From: Salisapilia sapeloensis CBS 127946
Lineage: Eukaryota; Protista; Oomycota
NCBI GenBank assembly: GCA_023334545.1
Contig: JAADVB010000008.1
Coordinates: 62,001-126,000, forward strand
Length of the DNA stretch: 64,000 nt
Direction: 5' to 3'
In this document: positions 22,184-34,881 of the stretch, one piece after another
How the letters are laid out: every line of letters starts with the position of its first letter
Numbering within the stretch: the stretch's first letter is position 1
The notes under the pieces: generated by a model
The model's database searches: none
Seen by the model: the letters and a program-made list of their open reading frames with translations, nothing else
What the model was told of the DNA's origin: nothing
Program-made: the position numbers and the translations under genes

Positions 22184-25100
22184 TTACTGGAGACCCATGC
22201 CCCATCCAAGTTTCTGTCTCTTTTCCTTGCGTTCATTTTCTTCTTCCACGTCAAACCTTACCGATGCAGGCCGAGTCGGACGCAGCGCAGCAGGCAGAGG
22301 TGGCGCTTCCTCCATCTCCACATCGTTCTTCGCACGTGAATTCGCTTCCGTATTCTCCCTCGTCGTATCACTATCGGACGATTTATCCTTTTCTTTCTTT
22401 CTTTCCTCCCCTCTCTTCCCTCGATGTTTCTCAAGAGCTAAGAAGCGTTTGCGCTGGTCGTGGAACGTATCGTCCAAGGTCGAAAAGTCTACTTGATCTA
22501 CATGCGCAAAGAACGGAAGCTCTAGTAGTTTCTTGACGCTCAGACGTTTCATCGGATCCAACTGCAGCATGTGCTCAATCAAGTCTCTCGCATCTTGTGG
22601 TAACGTCGACTTGTCATGCCTGTCGCGATGCTCATCCAAAGCTTTATGCAGGCGAGGCTTGTATTCTTGCTTAGGTTTACTACGTCCGTATCGAGGGAAT
22701 TTCATACCGTCAGGCCACACGGTCTTGGGGCTACCACACAACCGGAAGATGCGATCCAATTGGGACTTGGCATCTGATCCACGCATCCAGCTCGTCGAGT
22801 CCGTTAGTAGTTGAAGCGTAAGACATCCGAGTGCCCAGACATCTCCTCTCCATGTGAAATTCATTTCTCCTAACAGCACTTCTGGAGACGTGAAGTGCAC
22901 CCAAGCTCCGGCACTCATCTCTCGTCGTTCATTCTCACTTAGAGTATAGCTCTGCAGCTCCTTTTTATCTTTGCTCGCCACACTTACTCGACGCATGGTA
23001 TGGTATCCACTTAGCTTTGCACCGTGTTTCATGAGGAAGACGTTCGTAGGTGCGACATATCGATGGACGATACTCTGGTCATGCAAGACGTTGAGTGCCT
23101 GGAAGACATCGTACAGCACCTTTTTCTTCTGTGCCATATTCACCGTCACTTTGCTTTCGATTAGAGAAGAGTACATGTGTAGAGGTTGTTCTAGCGCCAT
23201 GTAATGTGCCTTACGATCTAGTATACTTTCGTTTTCTGCTGCTGCTGTATCATCTATGGATGGGAAGATGATACCGACTGGACTTGGAAAGTGTTCAGAC
23301 GAGATAGAGGAGAGTGTGAGTGCTGAACTAAGCTCTCTTAACGCATCAACGGAGAAACCTTTTTCATCTACACCGGAGTGAATGCCAGTCTCTCGATACG
23401 GCCATGGCTGTAACCAGACTGATTTCCCAGCGATATCCATCGATAAGGTCTTATCGATGGACCCAATAAAGTTTTTCTTCTTTAGCTGCATCAAGTTCGT
23501 CACTTGGTCAGCACAAATCTTATCACTACCATCGTTGATATGCATCACATCCATGGCGTTTGGTGTTATTTGCCTGTCAATTGTTGAAAAGGAAGTAGAT
23601 GCACGTAAGAATGCATCTAAAGTGAACGGTGTGTGTGACTTGTAGCCTTCTCCCTTCGTCCATTGCGATAGCAAGGATGAAATACGTTCGTGAATATCTC
23701 CTTTCGGTCCATCAACAGCAAACTGGTCAACGTCAAACTCTTCCAACGTCTCACCATCCTTCTTCTTCATCTCCTGTCGTCGATACCGATCTGCTGCATC
23801 TTGACAGAGTGCTACGCAACACTTGTGGAGCTCCATCTGACCTGAGGCTAAGACTGGCAAATAGACAGGTATACTATCGTCCTTTGTCCCATCCAACGCG
23901 ACGTGAGCGGCTGCACTCACGTAGACGATAGCGAGGACGACACAAGGTATTGTCGCATGCTGCCACACTGGAAGCGCAAAAGCTTCCGAGAGCAGATGCT
24001 TTGCTTCCTTTTGTACTTCGACAGGTGGGAGTGTCGATGGGAACATCGAGTTAAGCAGATCTTCCGGTACGATCCGCCGTCGATGCTTGTCTGACACGAG
24101 AACATCTAGTAAGATGTACGGGTCATGCGTTCGAAAGTCAAAATGCAATCCTTCGAGGATATGACGTTCTTGCTTGAGAATTTGCTTTTGGAAATGCGCT
24201 AGTTCCTTCGAGTCGGACGCAATGTCGACGTTATGCTTTCGCTTGTAAGCTTGTTGCACGAGTGCATTGAACTGAAAACGACGACTATGAGCTTTCAATT
24301 GCATGTGCAAGAGACTTATACCTGTGATCTCCACTTCATTCACGTTCATCGGACGAACAGACAGGAAGCGATGGAAGGCCAGGATGGCACTCGTCGCGTC
24401 TTCTCTCGCGAGACGCAAGGCTTTCGCGACGTGGAGAACCGTACGCACCGTCTGTGATCGCATCCGAGCTTCTAGTTTGATCGAAACGCCGCTCGTCCGT
24501 CGTCTCTCTTCCCACTCTTCCTCCGATACGATCCAATCGAGCGGTCGACCGTAGCCATAAGGTCGAATGACGACCTTGTCTTCCACAAATTCACTCTGTC
24601 TCGACTCGTACAATTGCTTTTCCATTCGTTTCTGTGCCGCCAATCGCTTCGTGGTTTCAAACTTTTGAATACCTGCAGAAGCGACGCAAAAGACACGCAA
24701 GAGACCATCGAGAAGAGGTCGGTTATGTAGTTTACCACGAAAGCGAGACAAGTACTTGTCATCTATAAACTCTACGAGTGCCCACCCTTGTCCGTCGTCA
24801 AAGGAAAAATAGTCCAAGTGTTTTACTGGATGGATGACACTCTCATCGTTCTTCCGCTTGAGCTGTGCTTCGATACTTTTCGAAGGACGATGACGGATCG
24901 TAAAGAGTTCTCGAAGCATATCTTCATCACATTTCGCCGGAATGTGTTTAATCATGAGTTTCGTCGCTTTTTCACCATGTTCGTCGTAGAGAGAAAAGGA
25001 TGGCGACGGGAGGGATGGAGATGGTGTGGCAGATGATGTCGAAACAGGGGTTTCGGTCGGTGAAGACTGCATGGTGGAGGTTGAGACGATCGGGACTTGT

Positions 25101-26375
25101 TTCTTCGGAATGGAAAACACTTGCTTTTGGATCTCATCCTTGGATAGACCCTCGAACGAGACGTAAATGTTCCATTCAGACGCAGACAGATCGATCCATC
25201 GTCGATTCGATCGACTTTCCATGTCCACGTCGTCTAGAGGAGATTCTTCTCCCGACAAATCGTCTTCCAACTCGATCTGGTGCTTCCCACTTGCTGCATC
25301 ATACTTTCGCACATTCCCACTGCGATACATGGCTTCTCCTGGCATAGGTTCATACACTCGAATGCGTCTACCAACGATCTTCTCTGCTGTCTCATCCACG
25401 AGTGCATCTCGATAAAACCCTTTCTGCGCCTCATTCTCGACCGTATCTCCTTCCGTACCAATGATCCCTTTGCATTTACTTGTACCACAAAAGCATTTAA
25501 TCTGACGTGACCCGAGTGCTTTCCATTGATAGTCAAACGTAATTTCTTCATTCGGACCGATGGGACGTAAGGCAAAGACACCGATGCGTGTATCGTTACC
25601 GACTGTCCACTTCTCCGTCGTGCAGTTTGGATCACAACTATGGTTTACGAATCGTGTTAAACTACCCTTGTTCCGCGCGTCAATGTAGATCCCAGGCTCG
25701 AGCATGAGGTAGTAAAAGTTTAGTTCATGACGAGGAACGGTGCTAAGCCGTCGCTTAAGCTCCTTCTGATCAATTATCTCGCCTACATACTCGCCCACGA
25801 TACTTGCTTTCGAGATCGAGTCTAGCGTACGCACACCAAATCCCTTCTTTTCCGTCTACATGGCACGAGTTAGACTATGTTTTCCTAAAGGACAAAGATA
25901 CACTAGCCTGACGACAATACGACATCATTCATATACAACGAAGAAGAAATAGTACAAGTACCTTGAAAGCTTCTAGTTGAGGAAACTTTTCCGGGTGCTG
26001 GAGTCGTTGGTTCTTACAAAATGGACCTGCATCACAGTTCGGTGGACACTCTACGTACGTTGCGAAATTGAGGCACGAGACGTCGTTGCAGCGATCCGTG
26101 TCAGTGTCGTCTTCGTCTGGTCGGTCACAATAGCACTTGGCGCCGAGTTCGTCGCCAGATTCATCATCTTTCCCAAAGCCATCGTCATCTGCGTCCCGTA
26201 CTCGACGACGGACGTCCGATCGAGTCAAACGGTCGAGCGGATACTCGTTCCGTTCAATTAAACGTACGTGGCGAAAGGCTTCCAATGTTTCTGCACTGAC
26301 GCTCTCGTTGACCTCGACGTTGTCACTCTTACGGACATTAGCATCAGGAGGACTATGTGTGTGGCTTGAGAGCAT
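22184..26375 (-). CDS. AWS-SET-postSET (Set2/NSD/ASH1 class) + Tudor-like + RRM-like + cyclin T/K-like + CDK9/12-like pseudokinase fusion
   Basis: Exon 26375-25962, intron 25961-25856, then one uninterrupted reading frame to 22184. SET: RFVNHSCDPN, EEITFDY, CFCGTSKC. Cyclin: AILAFHRFL, QERHILEGLHFDF. Kinase: GFSVDALRE, SPEVLLG, DVWALGC, QLDRIFRLCGSP, LQLDPMKRLS. Confidence 0.88.
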
Positions 26376-26678
26376 CGTTGTGGTGGACGAAAGGATAGGA
26401 TGGACGCACGAAAGGCTAGCTCAGACTGGGAGGACGTCAAGCTGGAGTATTCCAGTTGTATTGTGGCGCGACTCCAGTCGAGTATATTTCTAGCCGCAAT
26501 TGGAAAAGTATGTGCAAATAAAGCACACAAAGAATTGGTTGTTTATGGTGGGTTGCCGTTAACTCGGCAGCTGTCGAGTTTGAAAATTACGTTAAAGTGG
26601 CTATAAATGGAATAAATGGTGGAGTAAGGATAGTTTGATATGTTGGCATCGAGATTTCTCTACCTCTATCGCTATCTC

Positions 26679-28640
26679 CTATGCGCCATACTTGAATTGG
26701 AAAGTGAAATCGACACCTAGAGGATGCATAGAAAACTTACTACGAAAGGAATTTATGTCAGGTCATGCAAACGTACCAAAGTGGACAAGTGTGTACTGTA
26801 AGACGTAAATGACCCAGACGAGAAGGCGACCTTGTACTTCCTCTGCCTGGTTCTCCAACACAAAAGATAAGAGGTAGATGGGAGAGTACCCAAACATGGG
26901 CTTTAAAGTCCAATGTAAAAGCAAGAAGGGAAGCGCTCCTAGGATGGCGTAGATGGTAATGTTGAAGTTTGTCCACCATAGTTGCTGCACGTCCATTTGC
27001 TCAAAGCGAGGGTAGTAGACAGCATTTGGAAGGGTGTAGAGGATGTTTGTATAAACAAGGTAGAGAAGTGGAATGATGCACTCGACGTACTCTACCAGGA
27101 CAAGGTATTCTGTCTGAAACAGAAGCTGAAGTGTATCTTCCACCAATTCCGTTTGCACATCGGTAACTTCAGTTTTACCACGTCTCTGAACAACAGATTC
27201 ACTTTGACCGTCAATGTGAGTGTTTGTTTGTGTCCTTTGATCTCTATTGGTGCTACGAGAACTTGGCTTAGTATCGCTGTCCCTTTTAATGCTCTTCTCG
27301 TTTGTAGACGTCTCAGACCGATCAATGTTTGTATCTTTACGATTCCAGACCCGATCTGATTCTGAAGCAGAGTTCGTGCATGAAGCAAGTTCTGATGGAA
27401 ACAGTTTTACAGAGCTTGGCTTTGAGAGGTCTTCATGGGTAGATGAACCAAACGATGGACGCACACGCTTGATATCTGACAGGACGCGAATCTTCGAGCC
27501 TGCTATAGCTTTCTTCACAAAGCTTTTGGTTTGTGCTATTATAGTGATTTCCGCTAGCAGTGTCGAAGCCTTTCTGGATGTGTTACCACAAAATACAGTT
27601 TGTTGAATGGTAAGTGCCTTCAGACGAAGTTGGTAGACGGCAAAGATTGATAGAGTCGCATCCGAGCATATCATGCCGATTGTCGCCATGGTACTCGACG
27701 CCCTATCTAGACAGGTCGCGACGAAGAGGGCATTAAAGATCTAAGACCGAAGAATTGAAGTAAGAGAGCAATGTAATACACAAAGGTATAACGTACAGCT
27801 TACCTCGACACTGAAGACAATGAGTTCTGGTAGTGAATCTTCAACGTACGAACCAGCAAGGGCAATGATATTCTTCATCAGGACTTTTATAAGAGGTAGT
27901 AGTCCGACCAAATAGATTTGGTTTTCAGGAGATGCTTGTTCGAAAACAGCTCCGAATGATGAATAGATGATAATAAGACTACCTTGTATTGCAATAACAA
28001 GATATTGCTTGTGAATAGCTTGACGTAAAGATGGTGTCGACACAATCCTGCGAAAACCCACCATGGCAGCAAAGTACACGGCGACGAAGAAGCAGTAAGG
28101 CCCTGCAAGCAGAACGACACCAAAAGGGACAGGAAAGCGCCACACAATTGCAATTACCATATACACTGCAACGTAGCTCAACCCTGTCAATACGGCCATC
28201 ACTGCTTTTCCTTCAAAAGATATGTCGCAATCCGGCAGTAGTGGAGGAATCTGTAAAGCTACCCCGAAAGAAGTTGGAAATGCGATCCAGAACGCTCGCA
28301 TCCAAAATGCCCAGTTTCCATTCCAGTCATCATTTGGATGCTGCAACTGTAAAAATTCGATGCCTAGTACACAGACCAAAGCCGGTAGTGGTGTCAAAAG
28401 GCAAGCGATAACAATCTTTAACCGAGAAGTTGTTTTGCTGTACGTTATAGTTTCTTCCAGCCTTGCAAGGGAAACAGTACCACGCGTACTAATTTCCACT
28501 CGTTCCCAAGTTTGATACACGAGCGTTGCCATGTCCAAGACGAACGTGTACACTGATCGCTTCTTCCTCGGCATAACAACTGGCTTGAGGTCATTTTCGC
28601 TCGGAATAACAACATTCTTTTTTAATACCTTCGTTGTCAT
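26679..28640 (-). CDS. Oomycete-family multi-pass transmembrane protein
   Basis: ORFs 27741-28640 and 26763-27689 join by an intron (SVE|IFNALFVATCL), with a small last exon GVDFTFQFKYGA. Family motifs IACLLTPLPAL, WNGNWAFWMR, LFQTEYLVLVEYVECIIP and YSPIYLLSFVLENQ. Confidence 0.75.
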
Positions 28641-28937
28641 GGGAATCGATTAAAGAACTATCGGGGCTAGCTCTATCAGTACTTATTGCTTGCCACCTCC
28701 GAGAAGAGATTTGATCAGTTGACTTTGGACAGGTCAAAGATCTATTTATGCCTACGAACTCGGCGTTCTTTCACGATGAAGCTCAACGGATCGTTACGCG
28801 TTTATTATCGATTTCGTCATCATTTATCAAGAATGCATCTAGGTCTCATTTCTCCTTATGACTTGGAGGTAATTGAGTTGCAATGTGTACTAGCTTTAAA
28901 TGAAAGCATATATAGTAATGCAATGCTAGTAGATGTA

Positions 28938-30347
28938 TTAAAGATGTTTAGGCTCATCTTGACGACTACTTTGGTTAGCCACGAGCTTTGTCTCTCTCTT
29001 CTGTATGCTCTTCTCCTTGGTATACTGTCGGACTAGCAACGGCACATCCTTTCGCATACGGGCTTCCAACTCCCACGTATCATCATGTAAGTCATACCCA
29101 AGCCACCGAACTCTTAGTTGCTTTTTCTGGTTTCTATATCGCTCTCCAACGATCTTTTCGACTTGGTATCCCTCACTAAGATCTTCACTCCTTCCTTCGG
29201 CACAATCCCAAACGTACGGTCTGGTAAGTCCAATTACTTGATGCGGTTGCTTTATATCGCGACGAGACGCAGTCGACTCCTTCCCAATTATATACCGGAT
29301 AGCAGACTTAATGGCCACTGGTGCGTCTTTCATCGTCATCCATTTACTGGTTTTCTTTGTCGTATCGAGATTTTCAACGAGATACTCATATGGTCGCTTT
29401 TGGCCTGTCACTCGAGACACTAAGCGCCTTTCATATATCCGGATACGTTTCCATGTTTGAGGATCTTCCAAGTCACTTGCCTTGCGCTTTTGGTTTGAAC
29501 GCTTCGTCGTCGTTGGGTCAACGGAAGAAGTAGATGGGATACCATCACTGGCATTTCTATCGTTGGATACATCTGATGATGGCTGCTGTAAGGTTCTTGC
29601 AGATGATGAGTCGTGTGTTCTTGCTGGAACTGTGGAGGATGTTGGATTGGAATTTTGCTGCACTTGTTGGTGGTGTGTAGCATAGTGGGAGAGATAAGAA
29701 AAGATAGATGAAAACGCGAGGTAAAGATCGTGTAAGGTTCTTGGAGAGACGTCAGCTTGATGCGTTGCAACCTCCGACTGCAAGTACATTTGGAGGAAAA
29801 TATCTCGCCAGACGATTGGGAGCTGTTCCGTGGTTATTTTACACTCAAGCGCTTCCTCCAAATTGTTCACCTTCTGAAGTAACCAGGAAGTTTTGATGTT
29901 TTTCTTCCAACCTTCTGCATCACTTGTTGCATTTGTTGATGGCAAGGCTGAATAATCATTCTCCTGTTGCTGCAGAGAAGCTGTATAAACTGGTATATTG
30001 CTGTCATGTCTGTTTTCTTCACTTGAACGAGGTAAAGCGGTAGAAGAAGTCTTATTGACGTCTTCCGTGATGAATTTATCTAGTCTTGATGTGAGGTAAT
30101 TAAGGTGATACACATTTAATTTTGCCTTTTGAAGAGCTTCGAGCGTTGTAATGAGAGACAACGAAAGCTTGTCTGCCGACGTGTCTTCTAACAGGAAAAG
30201 ATTGGCCTGTTCGCATGACTTAATCGCATCGTCGATATGTTCCCCTAGTGTCAAGTATGGTTCTGTACTGTGTTTATATTCGTCACATGAGGTGGCTAGA
30301 AGAATGGTATGCAGGTTATAAAGAATCCTTACAAGAGTGTCTTCCAC
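28938..30347 (-). CDS. Chromodomain-containing protein; 5' exons unresolved and probably upstream of 30347
   Basis: C-terminal YQVEKIVGER...LRVRWLGYDLHDDTWELE is a canonical chromodomain. The ORF opens at GTG next to a CAG acceptor and has no early ATG, so upstream exons are likely. Confidence 0.65.
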   Translation of the reverse strand: MEDTLVRILYNLHTILLATSCDEYKHSTEPYLTLGEHIDDAIKSCEQANLFLLEDTSADKLSLSLITTLEALQKAKLNVYHLNYLTSRLDKFITEDVNKTSSTALPRSSEENRHDSNIPVYTASLQQQENDYSALPSTNATSDAEGWKKNIKTSWLLQKVNNLEEALECKITTEQLPIVWRDIFLQMYLQSEVATHQADVSPRTLHDLYLAFSSIFSYLSHYATHHQQVQQNSNPTSSTVPARTHDSSSARTLQQPSSDVSNDRNASDGIPSTSSVDPTTTKRSNQKRKASDLEDPQTWKRIRIYERRLVSRVTGQKRPYEYLVENLDTTKKTSKWMTMKDAPVAIKSAIRYIIGKESTASRRDIKQPHQVIGLTRPYVWDCAEGRSEDLSEGYQVEKIVGERYRNQKKQLRVRWLGYDLHDDTWELEARMRKDVPLLVRQYTKEKSIQKRETKLVANQSSRQDEPKHL

Positions 30348-32491
30348 TGCTTTAGATTATCAATATTGGACATGATCGAATGCGTCATGGGATGGGCTTA
30401 TCTGGCACCAATCGAAAGGAAAAGTTGGAAATGATAGTTGAAGTAGATTTTCGTCCCTTTTGTGTACCCGTCGCTTGGCGTCGTGGAGTTTTGGTCATAT
30501 CGATCGAATATCTGCAGAGTAAGAAAGTGAATGAAGTGAGTTTATGCATGAGAGTATTGCGCATGGATAGCAGCGTCCTACAAGATTGTAGCGTTGAGCA
30601 CGAAGTCGTGGAGTTTGGAAATGTAGAAAGTATGCAAGAAGATGAAACGACTTTTAAACGCATCTTTGCTATCCCTTTGGCTGCAAGAGGTAGAAGCTTT
30701 CAAAATGGTTTCCCTAGATCTTTACTAAATGGGACTTGATAGAAATAACCTGTCTCATTTGCGCGTGCTTTGACTTTAGCCTCAAGCAAGCTCCGATACA
30801 CGACCATCTGCTCAAATTTATTCAGTGCAAGTGAACTTTGGGCAAGGTCGAGTCTTTCGCCACTTAGCCAATATATTCTGAGATGCCTTCTTTAAGTTCT
30901 TTATTGTAGAATGGTTAAATGGTAATGGAGCACTGCGTGTATGTTATGTTGTTCGCAACTTCCACATTGCTGTCTGTCACCTACTCGCAAGAATGCTATG
31001 GCTCTTTGGTCCAGCTAAGTCACCGGAAAAGACCTTGGGACAGATTGTCCAATGTTTAATGGTGTTCGACATGCGAAAGCTTATTTTTAGCGAGTGTCTT
31101 TTGTGCATATTCATGGTTTATGCTAATGACGTTATGATATAGATCTTGCTTTGAATACGAAGTCTGGAGTACAGATATATAGCTCTCGATTACGCCAACC
31201 TTATGTCTTCTAAATCTTTCTGGAACATACATTTTAGGTAGTTTTATACCATGCTTCGCTACGATGGATACGAGATTGTGGGAATGTCAAATACACAGCT
31301 TTTCGATCTACTCATATTGAAGTTCGGTTGAAGTGTGGATCGATGCAAATGTTCAACCTTTCGAGCAATGACTCAAGCGTTCGTCACCGTGAAAGTCGTT
31401 GAGACAGGTCATACTATCCTTTCTCTATCTTCTTTCGTAATCAGGGAAGCATAACTATGAGTCTGACACTATACCTTGTAGAAATACTTCAATCAGCAGA
31501 GTAGCATCAAACGAGTGCAGAAATTTTAAAGATTTAAAGGCTGTGTCTTCTGCCCAATTATACACTTATACAATTTAATACTTGTAAGATATTATCCAGG
31601 GCCGATGCGAGTTGTCTTTTGAGTGTATTGCTATGACAGACAGATTTGGCTCGTATCGTTATCGGCAAATGCTTGCTTTGTTCATCGATGAAAAGATAAC
31701 ACTTCACTAGACTTTCATCATTCATGTCCAACTTGCTGTTGAGTACCACTCACCGATAGCAATATCTACTGTCGGGATCGCATGGGTTTACGGTAACTCT
31801 GGACAAAGTTATGCGTGAAAACATAAAGCTGAAAGTAAGTCGTGTTTGGTGCTTTTATACACGCTGCAACAAGAGCGATAGTCCAACCGATCGAAAATTT
31901 ATGATATGTTAAAATGTTTGATAATGAGAAACTAAAAGTTCCAAGTAATAACACTGTACTTATCGAGGCATGAGGCAGCATCTAAAGTCTAGTCAAAGAT
32001 TTCACTCTAAAACAAAAGGTGGTGTATACAGATGTAGATGCAAGATGAGCTTCTCGATATCATTCTGTACGACGTCACCTCTCGGTATTCTATTTGACCA
32101 GCTGACTATCTTAATGCTTCATGCATTTGAATTAGCATAAATCCCAACGACCACTAGTAATTTTCTTTTGTCGTTTTAATCTTCGAGGTATGTCGTTGAC
32201 TACACAAATACTTTAGATGATATAAATTATCTCTTCGATCTAATCGTGTGCAACTAGAATGACTTTTACAGTACGGGAGATGCTGTATGTCAACAGGATC
32301 ATAAGTTTCTTTGCTTATCTTCTTTACAATCGTTTACAATCATTTACAATCTATCCCTACCAAAACGAGATCCTCTAGCACTCCTTCCACTTGTGTACAA
32401 GCTCAGAATAAAGAAGACATAGTACCGAACATCCTTGCTGTATTTCACCATGTGGGAAGTATGCGATACGAGAAAGCTATATCTCAAAAGT

Positions 32492-33400
32492 CTATGCGTC
32501 CTCAGCGGAATGCTCACTCCGTTCATTTTGCTCCCGTTCTCTCAGTATTTCTTTGTAGTGCGCATTACAATAATCTTTCGTACGTTTGTGTGCCTGCGTG
32601 GGGCATCCATCGACAATACAACGCTTTCCGCCTCCATGCGACCAACAATGCGCATTCGAAACGGCGATTTTATAGCAACCATCTTCCTTACACTTCGTGC
32701 CTCCTCCATGGCTCCAACAGAAACCACGAGACTTGGCTAGATTAACACACCCAGCTTGCTTACATATCACTCTGCCACCATGAGCAAAGCATTTTCCAAA
32801 TTTTTTTACGCGAGTTCGACAACCAGGTACCTCACATCTTTTCCCGCCTCCATGTTCCACGCATACTCCTTTGTCGACAATGTATTTACCACAGCCTTCG
32901 ACTTTACAAACACGGTTGCGAGGGCGAGACGATCCACTTCTGCTTCCAGTTGCTACTGGATGTGATATTTTGGGGCTTACTGCTTGATTCTGGTCCTCTG
33001 TTGATAAAAAGGAAGCAATTTGCTCGGAAAAGGATGGCTGAAGTGGCACATTACTATCAGCATTATGGAAGAATGCCATGTTGGAAGGTGGAGGCTCGGC
33101 ATTGTTGGATTCGTAGGTTCGGTTATCGCCGAGGATGAAATTTAAGGAGCTTTTGGAAGGCGTCATCGAACCACGCGTTGCTAGCTGATCATTGTAAACG
33201 ACTTCAGTTACTTCAGGCTTGGCTTGTGTTTCAATAAAGCGTGGACCATCCTTGTTATCTTCGTCTCGTGTAGTAAATTTGGACTCTTGCTCGAGGTCTG
33301 AGTCACTCTCAGCAGCGTTCTCATCAGGCTGGTTCCTTTCGGTGGTCGAACTTTCTTTTGAAGGCGCACGTTTTGAGTCCGGATCGGATGATGCAAACAT
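32492..33400 (-). CDS. WRKY19-like zinc-finger repeat protein (C-x4-GC...C-x2-HGG repeats)
   Basis: Five tandem units such as CKVEGCGKYIVDKGVCVEHGGG and CKEDGCYKIAVSNAHCWSHGGG follow a disordered N-terminus. Confidence 0.8.
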   Translation of the reverse strand: MFASSDPDSKRAPSKESSTTERNQPDENAAESDSDLEQESKFTTRDEDNKDGPRFIETQAKPEVTEVVYNDQLATRGSMTPSKSSLNFILGDNRTYESNNAEPPPSNMAFFHNADSNVPLQPSFSEQIASFLSTEDQNQAVSPKISHPVATGSRSGSSRPRNRVCKVEGCGKYIVDKGVCVEHGGGKRCEVPGCRTRVKKFGKCFAHGGRVICKQAGCVNLAKSRGFCWSHGGGTKCKEDGCYKIAVSNAHCWSHGGGKRCIVDGCPTQAHKRTKDYCNAHYKEILREREQNERSEHSAEDA

Positions 33401-34241
33401 ATTAGACAGTATGCACTTCGGACGTATGAATTTAATTTTCGCCTCTGTAGATGAGGCAGGAACGTATAATGTGTTGATTTCTTGTAGCAAACGTGTCAAT
33501 CGGTAGTCACTCGGAACGTTGGTGTAGAATCAAGTGGAAATCTCGCGTGATTCGATCGACGAAATAGAAGAATAGGACGAGCTTTATATGACGTCAATCA
33601 GTCGTGTGTGAAGAATAAGTCCTCGAGTAGGAGGAAGTCGAGTCGCTTGTGGTGAAGCAGGCAACTTTAAAAATGAGGCACACGTGGATGACGACTCACC
33701 GATAGCAATTGACGATTGATCGAAAGAAACAAGTACAAGTCGTGCAGTCGACGGGCTTGAAATTCGTGATCAAAAATACACTCGACTCGCTCGTTCCCAA
33801 TAAAGATTTCGCGGTCTCAAGAAGAAGGGAATCTGCTGTTTTGACCGCGCCATGTTAAATTACTTACTTGCATCTCGGCTAAAGTCGTCCCATCGCCCGA
33901 TGCTTCCGACACTTTCTACTCATATGGCTCCACATATTCTTACTGTTAGCGACAGAGTATGGAGACGTGAGTCAGATACGTACTCACTATCGCAGCGTAC
34001 GTTTGTTTTCAAATCGCAAGGAAAGATGAAGAAAATATTTATAACTACCATTTGATTGATAAGATTTGGTGGCACCAATGTGCAGGCTAATGGATACACG
34101 CATCCTTTAAGTAGCAAATGTGGATCGTTACATGGGATGAAACTGATTGAATCGTTGCACCGCCGGTCCGACCGGTAGGAGCGTGACGTTTTGTTGAAGT
34201 GACAATCGAAAGAAGAGTGCACTAAGTCGCTTTGCGCAAAG

Positions 34242-34637
34242 TCAGACGGTGTGAAACGAGGTCTTACAACGCCAAGGAGGGAGCGGTCGATTGAGAGACA
34301 TTTTGTTGGTCGAATATAGCGTGCACCTGACATCGAGGTAGTTCAGTCTTCCTGCAAGATAAGAAACGACGTTACGATAGATCATTGCCCAAGTCTTCCC
34401 GCCATTTATAGAAACATGAAATAAATCAAGTAGGCATGCATCAAACGAGACAGCGCTAATCTTGATAGTGCCAATCGACAAGGGAAAATGAAGAGCTTCG
34501 GATGAATGGAAACTTGAACCAACTGGAGATGATGCATGTAGCCACTCGGCGAGTGTACTATCCGTCTCTAATCGCGAATAAAAAGCGCAACGGTGTACTC
34601 GTGTCAACTCTACTGGAGGCTGCTGTGTCGATTCCAT
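34242..34637 (-). CDS. Possible small hypothetical protein (weak)
   Basis: 131-aa ATG-initiated ORF containing an Asp-box-like VSINGGKTW. No family recognised and the exon structure is unresolved. Confidence 0.25.
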   Translation of the reverse strand: MESTQQPPVELTRVHRCAFYSRLETDSTLAEWLHASSPVGSSFHSSEALHFPLSIGTIKISAVSFDACLLDLFHVSINGGKTWAMIYRNVVSYLAGRLNYLDVRCTLYSTNKMSLNRPLPPWRCKTSFHTV

Positions 34638-34881
34638 TCCATTCGATCCAGTTCGTATAGGCGACGGTCATAACCTAGCGCTACAACGTCGCAAGGCAGT
34701 CCAGAATGCATGCCAACGACTTTCGTTAAAGACCTTCGACGTATCGTCAGATCCATTACGATACTTGGCGCTAATGAAAAGCTCTATGCTACTATAAAAA
34801 TTTCTTGTCAAGTGACGCTTTTGTTTTATTTTCTCATTCGTGATGCGCTCTACCTTCTAGCAAAGTTATATCGCACAACAT

